54,532 bases of DNA from the NCBI GenBank assembly GCA_016933455.1, contig JAFGAZ010000001.1, positions 1 to 54,532 on the forward strand. The letters run 5' to 3'. Positions 25,057 to 32,889 of the stretch are shown here, piece by piece. The translations under genes were made by a program, and so were the position numbers. Each line of letters opens with the position of its first letter. Position 1 is the first letter of the stretch. The notes beneath the pieces are model-generated. The model searched no databases. It had not been told where the DNA came from and saw only the letters and a program-made list of their open reading frames with translations. Source of the DNA: Candidatus Aenigmatarchaeota archaeon (GTDB lineage: Archaea; Aenigmatarchaeota; Aenigmatarchaeia; Aenigmatarchaeales; Aenigmatarchaeaceae).

Positions 25057-25363
25057 CTTCGATTTTTTCTTCAGGGAAGCCCGCGTTGATTAGCAGTTGT
25101 TTCATTTTCCTTATGTGATCGCCCCTAAGTTCTATCTTGTTGTTCTTGAAGGTGCCCCCACAAGCCAGCTTTGTTTTTAGCTTCTTGGTGAGTTGCTTTG
25201 GATTGGCCTTGTCCTCAATGCCTTCGACGACAGTGACTTTTTTTCCGAACCTTCTTTTCTCGACAAAGACTTTGATTTTGGCTTCTTCCTTGGCTATTGT
25301 TCCGCAGATGCAAAGCTCCTTGGGTAAACCACATATCGAACATACTTCAGACAGTTTTTTCAC
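25049..25363 (-). CDS. sui1: Translation initiation factor SUI1 (aIF1)
   Basis: CSICGLPKELCIC...KIKVFVEKRRFGKKVTVVEGI...LKTKLACGGTFKNNKIELRGDH. Confidence 0.9.
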   Translation of the reverse strand: MKKLSEVCSICGLPKELCICGTIAKEEAKIKVFVEKRRFGKKVTVVEGIEDKANPKQLTKKLKTKLACGGTFKNNKIELRGDHIRKMKQLLINAGFPEEKIEVE

Positions 25364-25556
25364 CCCTCCTATTTACCTTGGTAAGTATCCTTGCTATTGT
25401 CTTTTTGACTTCTTTTATCCTTCCGGGATTTGAAGCAGATCCTCCAATAGCAATCTGGCTTTTTTCCTTTGCTAACTCGAGCCTCAGCTCGCTTAGCCTT
25501 GTAGCCAAATCAACATTATTCATTTCATTTAGTTGCTTTTTCTTTATTATCGCCAT
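25347..25556 (-). CDS. rpl29: 50S ribosomal protein L29 (uL29)
   Basis: LNEMNNVDLATRLSELRLELAKEK. It overlaps the KE-rich tail of rps3 by 32 nt. Confidence 0.9.
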   Translation of the reverse strand: MAIIKKKQLNEMNNVDLATRLSELRLELAKEKSQIAIGGSASNPGRIKEVKKTIARILTKVNRRGEKTV

Positions 25557-26367
25557 TATCTTCTACCTTTGCTTTTTTCTTTTGTTCAGTCTTCTTTTCC
25601 TTGGACTGTTTCTTTTCCTTTTTCTCTTTTGGTTTTGTCTCTTCTTTTGGAGCTTGCTTTTTCTCAGAAACTGCCTTCTTTTCTACAGCTTCTTTTTCAT
25701 CTGTCTTTTCTTCAGCCACATCCTGCTCTTCAACAGCTTTCTTTTCTTCTGAAGCAACAGGGGCTTCTTCTTCAACAAAAACCTTCTTGACAACAGTAAG
25801 CTCCCTTGGCAACTCTCTCATAATCCTTACCTGTATGCCTATCATTCCAAGCTTAACATTTGCCTGGGCATATGCTTTGTCGACCATTGTCTCTGCAGGG
25901 TCTCCGGAATAGTTCAAATATCCTGCGTTGAACTTTTCTGTTCTTCCCATGTCGCCACCGAGCTTTCCTGAAATCCTAAGGGCAACGCCTGCAGCTCCAG
26001 CGCCCATCACCCTTTCAAGGGCGATGTTTGCAACTCTCTTAAAGTTAAGTCCCCTTTCTATCGAGGAGGCTATCCACTTTGCGATTATGTGAGCATCAAT
26101 GTCTGGATTTTCTATCTCTTGAACATCAAGCTGGGGGTTTTCGAAACCAAACTTTTCCTTTAGTACTCTTGTTATCATCTCGATGTTCTTGCCACCGCGT
26201 CCTATTATTAGGCCCGGCCTTCTTGCAAATATTGTTATCCTTATGCTAAGGGGTGTTCTTTGTATTATGCTGTGGCTATAACCTGCTCTGTCAAATTCGC
26301 TTGTAAGGAATCCTTCCAAGTCCTTGTTTCTTATGCCCTCTTTGACAAACTTTTTCTCCAAAGCCAT
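25525..26367 (-). CDS. rps3: 30S ribosomal protein S3 (uS3) with ~75-aa Lys/Glu-rich C-terminal extension
   Basis: KH-domain core (RTPLSIRITIFARRPGLIIGRGGKNI) and C-terminal domain, then ...EEAPVASEEKKAVEEQDVAEEKTDEKEAVEKKAVSEKKQAPKEETKPKEKKEKK.... The ATG at 26367 is preceded by GTGAATAGT. Confidence 0.93.
   Translation of the reverse strand: MALEKKFVKEGIRNKDLEGFLTSEFDRAGYSHSIIQRTPLSIRITIFARRPGLIIGRGGKNIEMITRVLKEKFGFENPQLDVQEIENPDIDAHIIAKWIASSIERGLNFKRVANIALERVMGAGAAGVALRISGKLGGDMGRTEKFNAGYLNYSGDPAETMVDKAYAQANVKLGMIGIQVRIMRELPRELTVVKKVFVEEEAPVASEEKKAVEEQDVAEEKTDEKEAVEKKAVSEKKQAPKEETKPKEKKEKKQSKEKKTEQKKKAKVEDNGDNKEKATK
25639..25696. repeat. 58-nt exact repeat, copy B (inside the rps3 C-terminal extension); partner at 19448..19505
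   Basis: Identical to copy A. Both encode ...EAVEKKAVSEKKQAPKEE... in frame on the minus strand. Confidence 0.9.
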
Positions 26368-26368
26368 A

Positions 26369-26785
26369 CTATTCACTTTTTTCCTTTGCAGTCGGCTTCT
26401 TTACAAAGCTGCTGCTTTCGCTTAGCACTGTTTGAACATGACACGCCTTCATCTTCGAACCGAACTTTCTCCACCTTCTCCTTCCCCTGTGCATGGTGGG
26501 TCCTCTGTGAGTCGATATGAAAACATACAAATTGTCAACATCCAGTCCCTCTTTTCTGCCGTTCATCTCAAGCTGATGAAGCATCATCTGCATTTCCTTT
26601 CTTATGTTGTCGTATGTCTTGCCGTTTAGCGTCTTTCTTCCTTGCTTTATTTCCTCAAGGATTTTTTTGGCAACAGACAGTTTCTTTCTGTTTATGACCT
26701 TGCAAAACTTTACAGAGTCCTTGTGCGATATCTTCATTGTAGCCGAAGCCTTTGCCTTTATCCCTGAGTTTATTGCGTATTTCAT
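26369..26785 (-). CDS. rpl22: 50S ribosomal protein L22 (uL22)
   Basis: KASATMKISHKDSVKFCKVINRKKLSVAKKILEEI...GPTMHRGRRRWRKFG. Confidence 0.9.
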   Translation of the reverse strand: MKYAINSGIKAKASATMKISHKDSVKFCKVINRKKLSVAKKILEEIKQGRKTLNGKTYDNIRKEMQMMLHQLEMNGRKEGLDVDNLYVFISTHRGPTMHRGRRRWRKFGSKMKACHVQTVLSESSSFVKKPTAKEKSE

Positions 26786-26789
26786 ATCA

Positions 26790-27170
26790 TCACTTTAATG
26801 GTAGGTTCTTGGAAGCTCTAGTAGCTCCTACACCTGGGGCGCTGTGCATGACCCTTCTTCTTGTGAGAACGAACTCACCGAGTCTGTGCCCTAGCATCTC
26901 AGGTTTTATTGTGACCAGCTGCCAGTCCTTGCCGCTATGAAGCATTATTCTTGCATCAATCATCTGGGGTATTATTACCATGTCCCTTAGGTGCGTCCTG
27001 ACAGGCTTGTCTGATTTCTTTAGCTTTTCCAAGAACTTCTTTTCCTTGTCGCTAAGCCCGTTCTTGACATGCCTTCTTTCCCTTGAAGGTATGAGCTTTA
27101 TGAAATCGTCCAAGCTCATCTTCTGGATTTCCTCTAGCGTCTTTCCCTTGAATGTAAATATTTTAGCCAT
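26790..27170 (-). CDS. rps19: 30S ribosomal protein S19 (uS19)
   Basis: FTFKGKTLEEIQKMS...GHRLGEFVLTRRRVMHSAPGVGATR. The ATG at 27170 is preceded by GTGATAATT. Confidence 0.93.
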   Translation of the reverse strand: MAKIFTFKGKTLEEIQKMSLDDFIKLIPSRERRHVKNGLSDKEKKFLEKLKKSDKPVRTHLRDMVIIPQMIDARIMLHSGKDWQLVTIKPEMLGHRLGEFVLTRRRVMHSAPGVGATRASKNLPLK

Positions 27171-27175
27171 AATTA

Positions 27176-27862
27176 TCACTTCTTCCTCTTACCGCTTCTT
27201 CTAGCCGCAATCGAACCCACCTTTGCACCGGGCGGCGCGTTTCTTGAAATTGTCTTTGGAGTTCCAGGCTTTGTCCTACCACCGAATGGATGGTCGACTG
27301 CGTTCATCTTAACGCCTGATGTTCTTGGCCAGAGCTTGTTTCTTGCGCGGTTCTTGTAAAAGTTCTGACCAGCCTTTACAAAAGGCTTCTCCCTCATGCC
27401 GCCGCCAGCAGGCACGCCCACTGTTGCATGGCATTTTGGATTGAATGTCTTGAACTGTTTTGAAGGCATCTGTATAACTGCCTTGGTATCGTCGTTCGAA
27501 ACAATAAAGGCCTTTGTACCAGCCGATAAGCATAACTTGGGACCTGATCCTGGTCTTGTTTCAAGACCAAAAACAAATGTTCCCTTGGGTATTTTGTTTA
27601 AAGTCATTATGTTTCCAGATGTCGGGTTTCCTTCCTTGTCTATGACATCACCAACTTTCAAGCCCTCTGCTGCAACAATAAGCTTCTCTCCCTTGTCAGA
27701 CATTATCTTTGCCAAAGGAGCGTCCCTGCAAGGATCGTGCACTATGTCTATAACATCAGCCTTTGTAAAGTTGTAGCTAATCTTTCCTGGGAATCTGTGG
27801 CTTGGGCTCTTGTAAGGCGGCCCGCCTTTTCCCCTAGCTCTTTGAATTATTCTTTTACCCAT
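27176..27862 (-). CDS. rpl2: 50S ribosomal protein L2 (uL2)
   Basis: MGKRIIQRARGKGGPPYKSPSHRF...MNAVDHPFGGRTKPG. The ATG at 27862 is preceded by GTGATGATT. Confidence 0.94.
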   Translation of the reverse strand: MGKRIIQRARGKGGPPYKSPSHRFPGKISYNFTKADVIDIVHDPCRDAPLAKIMSDKGEKLIVAAEGLKVGDVIDKEGNPTSGNIMTLNKIPKGTFVFGLETRPGSGPKLCLSAGTKAFIVSNDDTKAVIQMPSKQFKTFNPKCHATVGVPAGGGMREKPFVKAGQNFYKNRARNKLWPRTSGVKMNAVDHPFGGRTKPGTPKTISRNAPPGAKVGSIAARRSGKRKK

Positions 27863-27867
27863 AATCA

Positions 27868-28176
27868 TCACAACATGCCAAGTCTTGTGGCAATGTCAGC
27901 AGCCTGGTATTCCTTTGCCAGCTGCACCCATGCTTTCTTTCTTCCCTTTCTGTCTATTAGTGTCCTAACCTCAATCACCTTTACGTTAAAGGCTTTTTCA
28001 GTTGCCCACTTTACTTGTTTCTTGTTTGATTTTCTATCAACTATAAACACGAGCTTGTTTTCGGTCTCTATCCTGCTAATCGACTTTTCTGTTAGCAAAG
28101 GATACTGCAGTATTGTCCAGGGATCTATCAGTGAAACTTTCTCTTCTTTGTTGTTTGCTTCTTTCTTTTCAGCCAT
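27868..28176 (-). CDS. rpl23: 50S ribosomal protein L23 (uL23)
   Basis: DPWTILQYPLLTEKSISRIETENKLVFIVDRKSNKKQVK. The ATG at 28176 is preceded by GGTGAGATAT. Confidence 0.93.
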   Translation of the reverse strand: MAEKKEANNKEEKVSLIDPWTILQYPLLTEKSISRIETENKLVFIVDRKSNKKQVKWATEKAFNVKVIEVRTLIDRKGRKKAWVQLAKEYQAADIATRLGML

Positions 28177-28966
28177 ATATCTCACCTAAAGCTCTTATTG
28201 CGGATTCGCTCCAGACAACAAGCCTGCCGGCATGTGTTCCTGGCGCCAAAAGTTCGGCATTGAGGTTCTTGACAATTGCAAAATCAGAGCCAGGAATGTT
28301 TTTCACTGCCTTTGATATGCCCTTGTCGTCAGAAACAACAAAAAGAATCGACTTTCTCTTCTTGTACTTTCTTCCCCTTGCCTTTCCCTTTCCTGCCCTG
28401 ACTTTTTTGACACTCGCTCTTTCAAGCTCGTCTTTTAATCCCAGCTTTTCCAAAAACGCTTTGACCTGCTGGGTTTTTTTGAAATCTTGAACATTATCTT
28501 CAACTATAAGAGGCAAGCTTATGCCGTTAATGACATGGCCTCTTTGCACAACAATATCCTTTACAATGGTTGCAGCTATTGCCGACTTTATTGCCAAAAC
28601 CTTTTCCTTTTTGTTTATCTTCTGATCCCACACCTTTTCTACCTGCGGCGGGTGTGCTGCCCTTCCCTTTACTGACTGCGAAACAAATCTTGCCCTCATG
28701 GAAAGATTCGGCGGACCGCCGTGTATTCTCTTCATTCTTGCGGTTTCAGTGTTCATCATGTGGTGGGGTCCTTTTCTAACACCGTGATAATGAGCGGATG
28801 TCCTATGTCCTGCAAGGGGGTCTGTGCCGAACGCCTGCCTGTTGTGGCTCTGTATTGCCAGAACTGCCCTTTTTATCAAGTCGGGCCTGTATGCCGTGTT
28901 GAAAACCTTTGGTAAGGTAATCTCTGCTTTCTGCTTGGCGTTAACATCAACGATATTTGCTTTCAT
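28169..28966 (-). CDS. rpl4: 50S ribosomal protein L4 (uL4)
   Basis: MKANIVDVNAKQKAEITLPKVF...AFGTDPLAGHRTSAHYHG. The ATG at 28966 lies just after the L3 stop. Confidence 0.93.
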   Translation of the reverse strand: MKANIVDVNAKQKAEITLPKVFNTAYRPDLIKRAVLAIQSHNRQAFGTDPLAGHRTSAHYHGVRKGPHHMMNTETARMKRIHGGPPNLSMRARFVSQSVKGRAAHPPQVEKVWDQKINKKEKVLAIKSAIAATIVKDIVVQRGHVINGISLPLIVEDNVQDFKKTQQVKAFLEKLGLKDELERASVKKVRAGKGKARGRKYKKRKSILFVVSDDKGISKAVKNIPGSDFAIVKNLNAELLAPGTHAGRLVVWSESAIRALGEIYG

Positions 28967-28967
28967 T

Positions 28968-29918
28968 TTATGCACCCTGCTTACTCTTTGTTGAAACATA
29001 TTTTATATCAATAGGATAGGTCTTCTTTTCCCTTATGGCAAACCTTAGTCTCACAAGCCTTTTTCTTACTCCCGGTATGCTGCCGTCAAGGACAATGCAA
29101 TCTCCCTTGACCTTTCCGTATTTCAAAAAGTCTCCTGAAATATCAAAGCCCTCTTGTATCTTGAGTATTCTCTTGTTAAATTCTGTCCTTCTGTGGAAAC
29201 CGTGCTGGCCTGCCTGGGGCACAGTGTGCCTTACCTTTCCTGGCTCGTTTTGACCAAGTGGCGCTATGTGCCTTAGCATCTGCTGGGCCTTTCTTCCCTG
29301 CAGCGTTATGCCAAATCTCTTTACAGGTCCCTGGAATCCCTTGCCCTTTGTTATGGCAATAACATCAATAAGGTCTCCTTCCTTGAAAACATCAGAGAGC
29401 TTTATTTCCTTGCCCAGTATTTCCTGAGAATACTTTAGCTGCTCTTCAACAGAACCGCCAAGAGCCATCTCAAAGACCTCTGGCTTTTTCTTGAAAGTAG
29501 GATTGGTATGACAAATAAGACTGATTGAAGTTGCATCCTTTGGCAGCTTTTTTAGTTGCTCTTCAACTTTCTTTGGCTGCTTTGGTGTTTTCATTTTTCT
29601 TGACAAATTCTTGTCAAATTTTTCAGAAAGGACATCAAAAGAAGATTTATTTTTTGTATAGCATCTGAAACCGAAAACAGAAATAGGGGGGCAATCGAGA
29701 ATTGTTATTGGCCTTGTGATCTGCTGGCCTGTTGTCTTGGTATTGGGATTGGAATCCACGACAACGGCGTGCGACATGCCTGCCTTGTAGCCTGCAAAGC
29801 CCAAAGGCTTTACTTCGCTTGATGGCTTCCAGCTCGATATCCTCGGATAGATGCGGCTGGATCTTTTTCTGGGGTAGTATGCTTTACTACCTCTTCTCGG
29901 TCTTTTTACTGATGGCAT
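28968..29918 (-). CDS. rpl3: 50S ribosomal protein L3 (uL3)
   Basis: KRPRRGSKAYYPRKR...GFAGYKAGMSHAVV...ITKGKGFQGPVKRFG. Confidence 0.94.
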   Translation of the reverse strand: MPSVKRPRRGSKAYYPRKRSSRIYPRISSWKPSSEVKPLGFAGYKAGMSHAVVVDSNPNTKTTGQQITRPITILDCPPISVFGFRCYTKNKSSFDVLSEKFDKNLSRKMKTPKQPKKVEEQLKKLPKDATSISLICHTNPTFKKKPEVFEMALGGSVEEQLKYSQEILGKEIKLSDVFKEGDLIDVIAITKGKGFQGPVKRFGITLQGRKAQQMLRHIAPLGQNEPGKVRHTVPQAGQHGFHRRTEFNKRILKIQEGFDISGDFLKYGKVKGDCIVLDGSIPGVRKRLVRLRFAIREKKTYPIDIKYVSTKSKQGA

Positions 29919-29940
29919 AAAACCAATTTCTCTTTTGAAT

Positions 29941-29950
29941 ATATTTAAAT
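29941..29950 (-). promoter_or_regulatory. TATA-box-like element for the L3-led ribosomal operon
   Basis: ATTTAAATAT (minus strand) lies 23-32 nt upstream of the rpl3 ATG. No SD motif lies between them, so the spacing suggests a leaderless or near-leaderless first gene. Confidence 0.4.
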
Positions 29951-30014
29951 CTATCAGAACACGCTACCACGAAAACTTTCCGTATGTTAATACGACAAGA
30001 AGGTATATAAAGAT

Positions 30015-30194
30015 TTATTTTGTTTTCAGAACTTGAGATACGTATCTTAAATCTTTGTTGCATTGCTTCTTAGAGACCGGGTTTTTTCCAAAATATATTT
30101 TCTTATATTCTTCTAATCGATCGGGAATGGTCGCGCTTAGAACCGTTTCGTTCTTGACTAGAAGATTTCTTATTTTGTTGTAAATTGAAACCAT
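30015..30194 (-). CDS. Small hypothetical protein
   Basis: 59 aa from the ATG at 30194, preceded by GTGAAAAAA (the track uses the TTG at 30212). No motif recognised. Confidence 0.4.
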   Translation of the reverse strand: MVSIYNKIRNLLVKNETVLSATIPDRLEEYKKIYFGKNPVSKKQCNKDLRYVSQVLKTK

Positions 30195-30246
30195 TTTTTT
30201 CACTAATTCCAAAAATAGTATGTAATCTCAGAAATTTAAGTCTATT

Positions 30247-30711
30247 TCAAACAGAAACTAGGAACTTCAAAACTTCAATAAAGCCAAGGATTGTTGACAA
30301 AATTATCAAGCCGCCTATTGTCGAGCCTATGGCAATTGCTATGAAAGATTTCTTCCAGTCGAGGTTCAAAAGCCAGCTTAGAATAGATGCCGTGTAGGTC
30401 CCTGTCAGGGGGGTAGGAAGCGATATGAAAAGCGTTAAGCCTAAAACCCCGTACTTGTCAACGTATGGCTGGCCCTTCTTTCTTGCCTTTTCCAAGTATC
30501 TGTTGAATATTTTTATTCTTGAAAATACCTTGTCGTAGAAAATTTTCAGTCCGAAATATATTGGAAAGAAGAGTGCGCAGTTAACGCAAAGAGAAACAAG
30601 AAATGAATAAACAGGATCAAGGCCCAGTGCAACCCCAAGCGGTATGCCAACTATTTGTTCTCCGGTCGGGATAATATTTGCAATTATGACTGCCATGGTC
30701 TCTTCAAGCAT
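30247..30711 (-). CDS. Small polytopic membrane protein, resembles the COG2426 'putative small multidrug export' family
   Basis: Four or five TM segments. GIPLGVALGLDP...YVDKYGVLGLTLFISLPTPLTGTYTASI resembles that family from memory. Confidence 0.5.
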   Translation of the reverse strand: MLEETMAVIIANIIPTGEQIVGIPLGVALGLDPVYSFLVSLCVNCALFFPIYFGLKIFYDKVFSRIKIFNRYLEKARKKGQPYVDKYGVLGLTLFISLPTPLTGTYTASILSWLLNLDWKKSFIAIAIGSTIGGLIILSTILGFIEVLKFLVSV

Positions 30712-30747
30712 GAAAGAATAATTATGTTCCTAATTTAAAAAAGAAAG

Positions 30748-30831
30748 CGCCGAGAGAGGGATTTGAACCCCCATATCCTTGCGGAAACTAGCTTTCCAGG
30801 CTAGCGCAATACCAGGTTATGCGATCTCGGC
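30748..30831 (-). tRNA. tRNA-Ser (anticodon GGA), class II, no intron
   Basis: GCCGAGA-TC-GCA..TGC-G-CTAGC-CTGGAAA-GCTAG, variable arm TTCC-GCAA-GGA(T)A, T arm GGGGG-TTCAAAT-CCCTC, then TCTCGGC plus G discriminator. 84 nt, no encoded CCA. Confidence 0.88.
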
Positions 30832-30856
30832 ATAAGATAATAGTTCTTCGAAAGAA

Positions 30857-30865
30857 CTTTTAAAT
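30857..30865 (-). promoter_or_regulatory. TATA-box-like element upstream of tRNA-Ser(GGA)
   Basis: ATTTAAAAG (minus strand) lies about 26-34 nt upstream of tRNA position 1. Confidence 0.4.
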
Positions 30866-30887
30866 CTTGAATTTTTCAATTATTTAT

Positions 30888-31130
30888 ATGCCAACCCAAT
30901 TCGACATGGATACGAACTTTGTCAAGTTCCTATTTACCTTCTGCATCATACTTGTTCTTTTTTCAATGTCGTTTATAGCAATGCCATACACAATGGGTTT
31001 GCAAAACAAGAACATTCAACACATGGGCATACTGTTTCTAATGCTTTTGATACTGCTCATAGGATTTGTCTTTGGGATATTTGTAAAATGGTTTGTAAAA
31101 TACAAAAACAGTCTGATAAGGCCCTACTAG
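30888..31130 (+). CDS. Small membrane protein (2-3 TM), function unknown
   Basis: ATG at 30888 (the track starts at the TTG at 30867). Hydrophobic segments FLFTFCIILVLFSMSFIAM and ILFLMLLILLIGFVFGIFV. Its 3' end overlaps the convergent rps10 by 4 nt. Confidence 0.45.
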   Translation: MPTQFDMDTNFVKFLFTFCIILVLFSMSFIAMPYTMGLQNKNIQHMGILFLMLLILLIGFVFGIFVKWFVKYKNSLIRPY

Positions 31131-31447
31131 TCCTTTAGCTGTATAGAAATAGAAACTCCGTCAGGTATTGTGACCCTCATTATCTGTCTTAGAGTTCTTT
31201 CATCAGCAGAGATGTCTATTACTCTCTTGTGGATTCTCATCTCCCACCTGTCCCATGTGGCGTTTCCGTGACCGCAACCGTCTCCGCATGGAGTTTTCAT
31301 GGTTGTAATCTTGAGCTTCTTTGTTGGGAGCGGGATTGGACCATGCATCGCTACCCCGAACTTGTCTGTTATCATCTTAAGCTCGGTGCACACATTGTCT
31401 ATTTTTTCCGTGTCTCTGCTCATTAATTTTATTCTTGCTTTTTGCAT
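31127..31447 (-). CDS. rps10: 30S ribosomal protein S10 (uS10)
   Basis: MQKARIKLMSRDTEKIDNVC...GPIPLPTKKL...ATWDRWEMRIHKRVIDI. Confidence 0.94.
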   Translation of the reverse strand: MQKARIKLMSRDTEKIDNVCTELKMITDKFGVAMHGPIPLPTKKLKITTMKTPCGDGCGHGNATWDRWEMRIHKRVIDISADERTLRQIMRVTIPDGVSISIQLKD

Positions 31448-31468
31448 ATCTCTAACTATTTGCGAAAG

Positions 31469-31479
31469 TATTTAAATAT
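31469..31479 (-). promoter_or_regulatory. TATA-box-like element for rps10
   Basis: ATATTTAAATA (minus strand) lies 22-32 nt upstream of the rps10 ATG, inside the 103-nt gap after tuf. Confidence 0.4.
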
Positions 31480-31550
31480 CTACTGCATTGCATAGAGAAA
31501 AGTCTAACAAGAAAAATAAAAAGAAAAAGTAAATTGAAAAATTAAAGAAA

Positions 31551-32819
31551 TCACTCTGCAGGAACTACTTCTAAGCAGATACCTGCTGCGATTGTCTGTC
31601 CCATGTCTCTAATAGCGAATCTAGAAAGTTCCGGTATGTCCTTGGAAGACTCTACAACAAATGGTTTGTTTGGAACGCACTTGATGACTGCAGCGTCTCC
31701 TGTCTTGATAAAGTCGGGGTTTTCTGCTACGACCGCTCCGGTTTTTGGATCGATCTTCTTCACTATCTCCGTAACCTTGCAAGCAACCTGTGCTGTGTGG
31801 CAGTGGAAGACTGGTGTGTATCCCTTTGTTATGACATTGGGGTGCTGAAGCACAATTATCTGTGCTGTGAACTCCTTCGCAATCTTTGGAGGATTGGAAG
31901 CGTGTCCTACAACATCTCCTCTTTTAATGTCAGCTTTGTTTACACCTCTTACGCTAAAGCCCACGTTGTCTCCAGGCTCGGCCTGTGCTACTTGCTCATG
32001 GTGCATCTCGATTGTCTTAACTTCTCCAGACTTGCCAGATGGCTGGAAGACTACTGTCTCTCCAGTCTTTAGAATACCTGTCTCGATTCTTCCAACAGGC
32101 ACTGTTCCAATTCCAGTGATTGTGTAAACGTCCTGTACAGGAAGCCTCAAAGGCTTATCTATTGGCTTTTCTGGTGATGTAAGTGTATCAAGTGCTTCTA
32201 CCAGCGTAGGTCCGCTGTACCACTTTAGGTTATCAGACTTTTTAGCAACATTGTCGCCCTTGTAACCAGATGTTGGAACAAACAGTATCTTGCTGACGTC
32301 GTATCCAACGGTCTTGAGAAGCTTTGTTGCAGCCTCTTTTGTCTCGTTGAACTTTGCCTCGTCGTATTCTACTGCGTCCATCTTGTTGATGGCCACTATG
32401 ATCTGCTTTACTCCCAAAACCTTTAGGAGGAAAACGTGCTCTTTGGTCTGCTCCTGCACACCGTCCTTTGCTGAACAGACAAGTATTGCTGCATCGGCTT
32501 GCGATGCACCCGTTATCATGTTCTTTACAAAGTCCCTGTGTCCTGGCGCGTCGATAACTGTAAAGTAATACTTTTGAGTATCGAACCTCTGGTGCATTAC
32601 GTCAATAGTAACTCCCCTTTCTCTTTCTTCCTTAAGTCTGTCCATGGCGTAGGCGAATTCCCAAGTTTCCTTCTTCAAGTCCTTTGCCATTTCCTTGAAC
32701 TTTCTCATCTGCTCCTCGGGCAAAGCTCCTGTGTCAAACAGGACTCTTCCGAGTAGAGTGGATTTGCCATGGTCTACATGGCCTACAGTTACTAAGTTTA
32801 AATGTGGTTTTTTTGCCAT
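31551..32819 (-). CDS. tuf: Translation elongation factor aEF-1 alpha
   Basis: [10 protein letters not shown]...DAPGHRDF...NKMD plus domains II/III. Preceded by AAGGTGAAATT. Confidence 0.96.
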   Translation of the reverse strand: MAKKPHLNLVTVGHVDHGKSTLLGRVLFDTGALPEEQMRKFKEMAKDLKKETWEFAYAMDRLKEERERGVTIDVMHQRFDTQKYYFTVIDAPGHRDFVKNMITGASQADAAILVCSAKDGVQEQTKEHVFLLKVLGVKQIIVAINKMDAVEYDEAKFNETKEAATKLLKTVGYDVSKILFVPTSGYKGDNVAKKSDNLKWYSGPTLVEALDTLTSPEKPIDKPLRLPVQDVYTITGIGTVPVGRIETGILKTGETVVFQPSGKSGEVKTIEMHHEQVAQAEPGDNVGFSVRGVNKADIKRGDVVGHASNPPKIAKEFTAQIIVLQHPNVITKGYTPVFHCHTAQVACKVTEIVKKIDPKTGAVVAENPDFIKTGDAAVIKCVPNKPFVVESSKDIPELSRFAIRDMGQTIAAGICLEVVPAE

Positions 32820-32889
32820 AATTTCACCTTTTAGCTAATTACACTAGCAATCTATTTAAATGTTTATATTAGAAAAGAAGAAAAATTCG

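Noticed and set aside
19380-25760. Lys/Glu-rich, T/C-rich low-complexity DNA as a CRISPR or tandem-repeat array
   Set aside because: There is no regular repeat-spacer periodicity. The only exact long match is the single 58-nt pair inside rps5 and rps3, which is reported separately.
31127-31447. Extra CGDGCGHG segment in the uS10 loop as a possible metal site
   Set aside because: Only two Cys and one His appear in a short loop insertion. I cannot support a zinc site from sequence alone.
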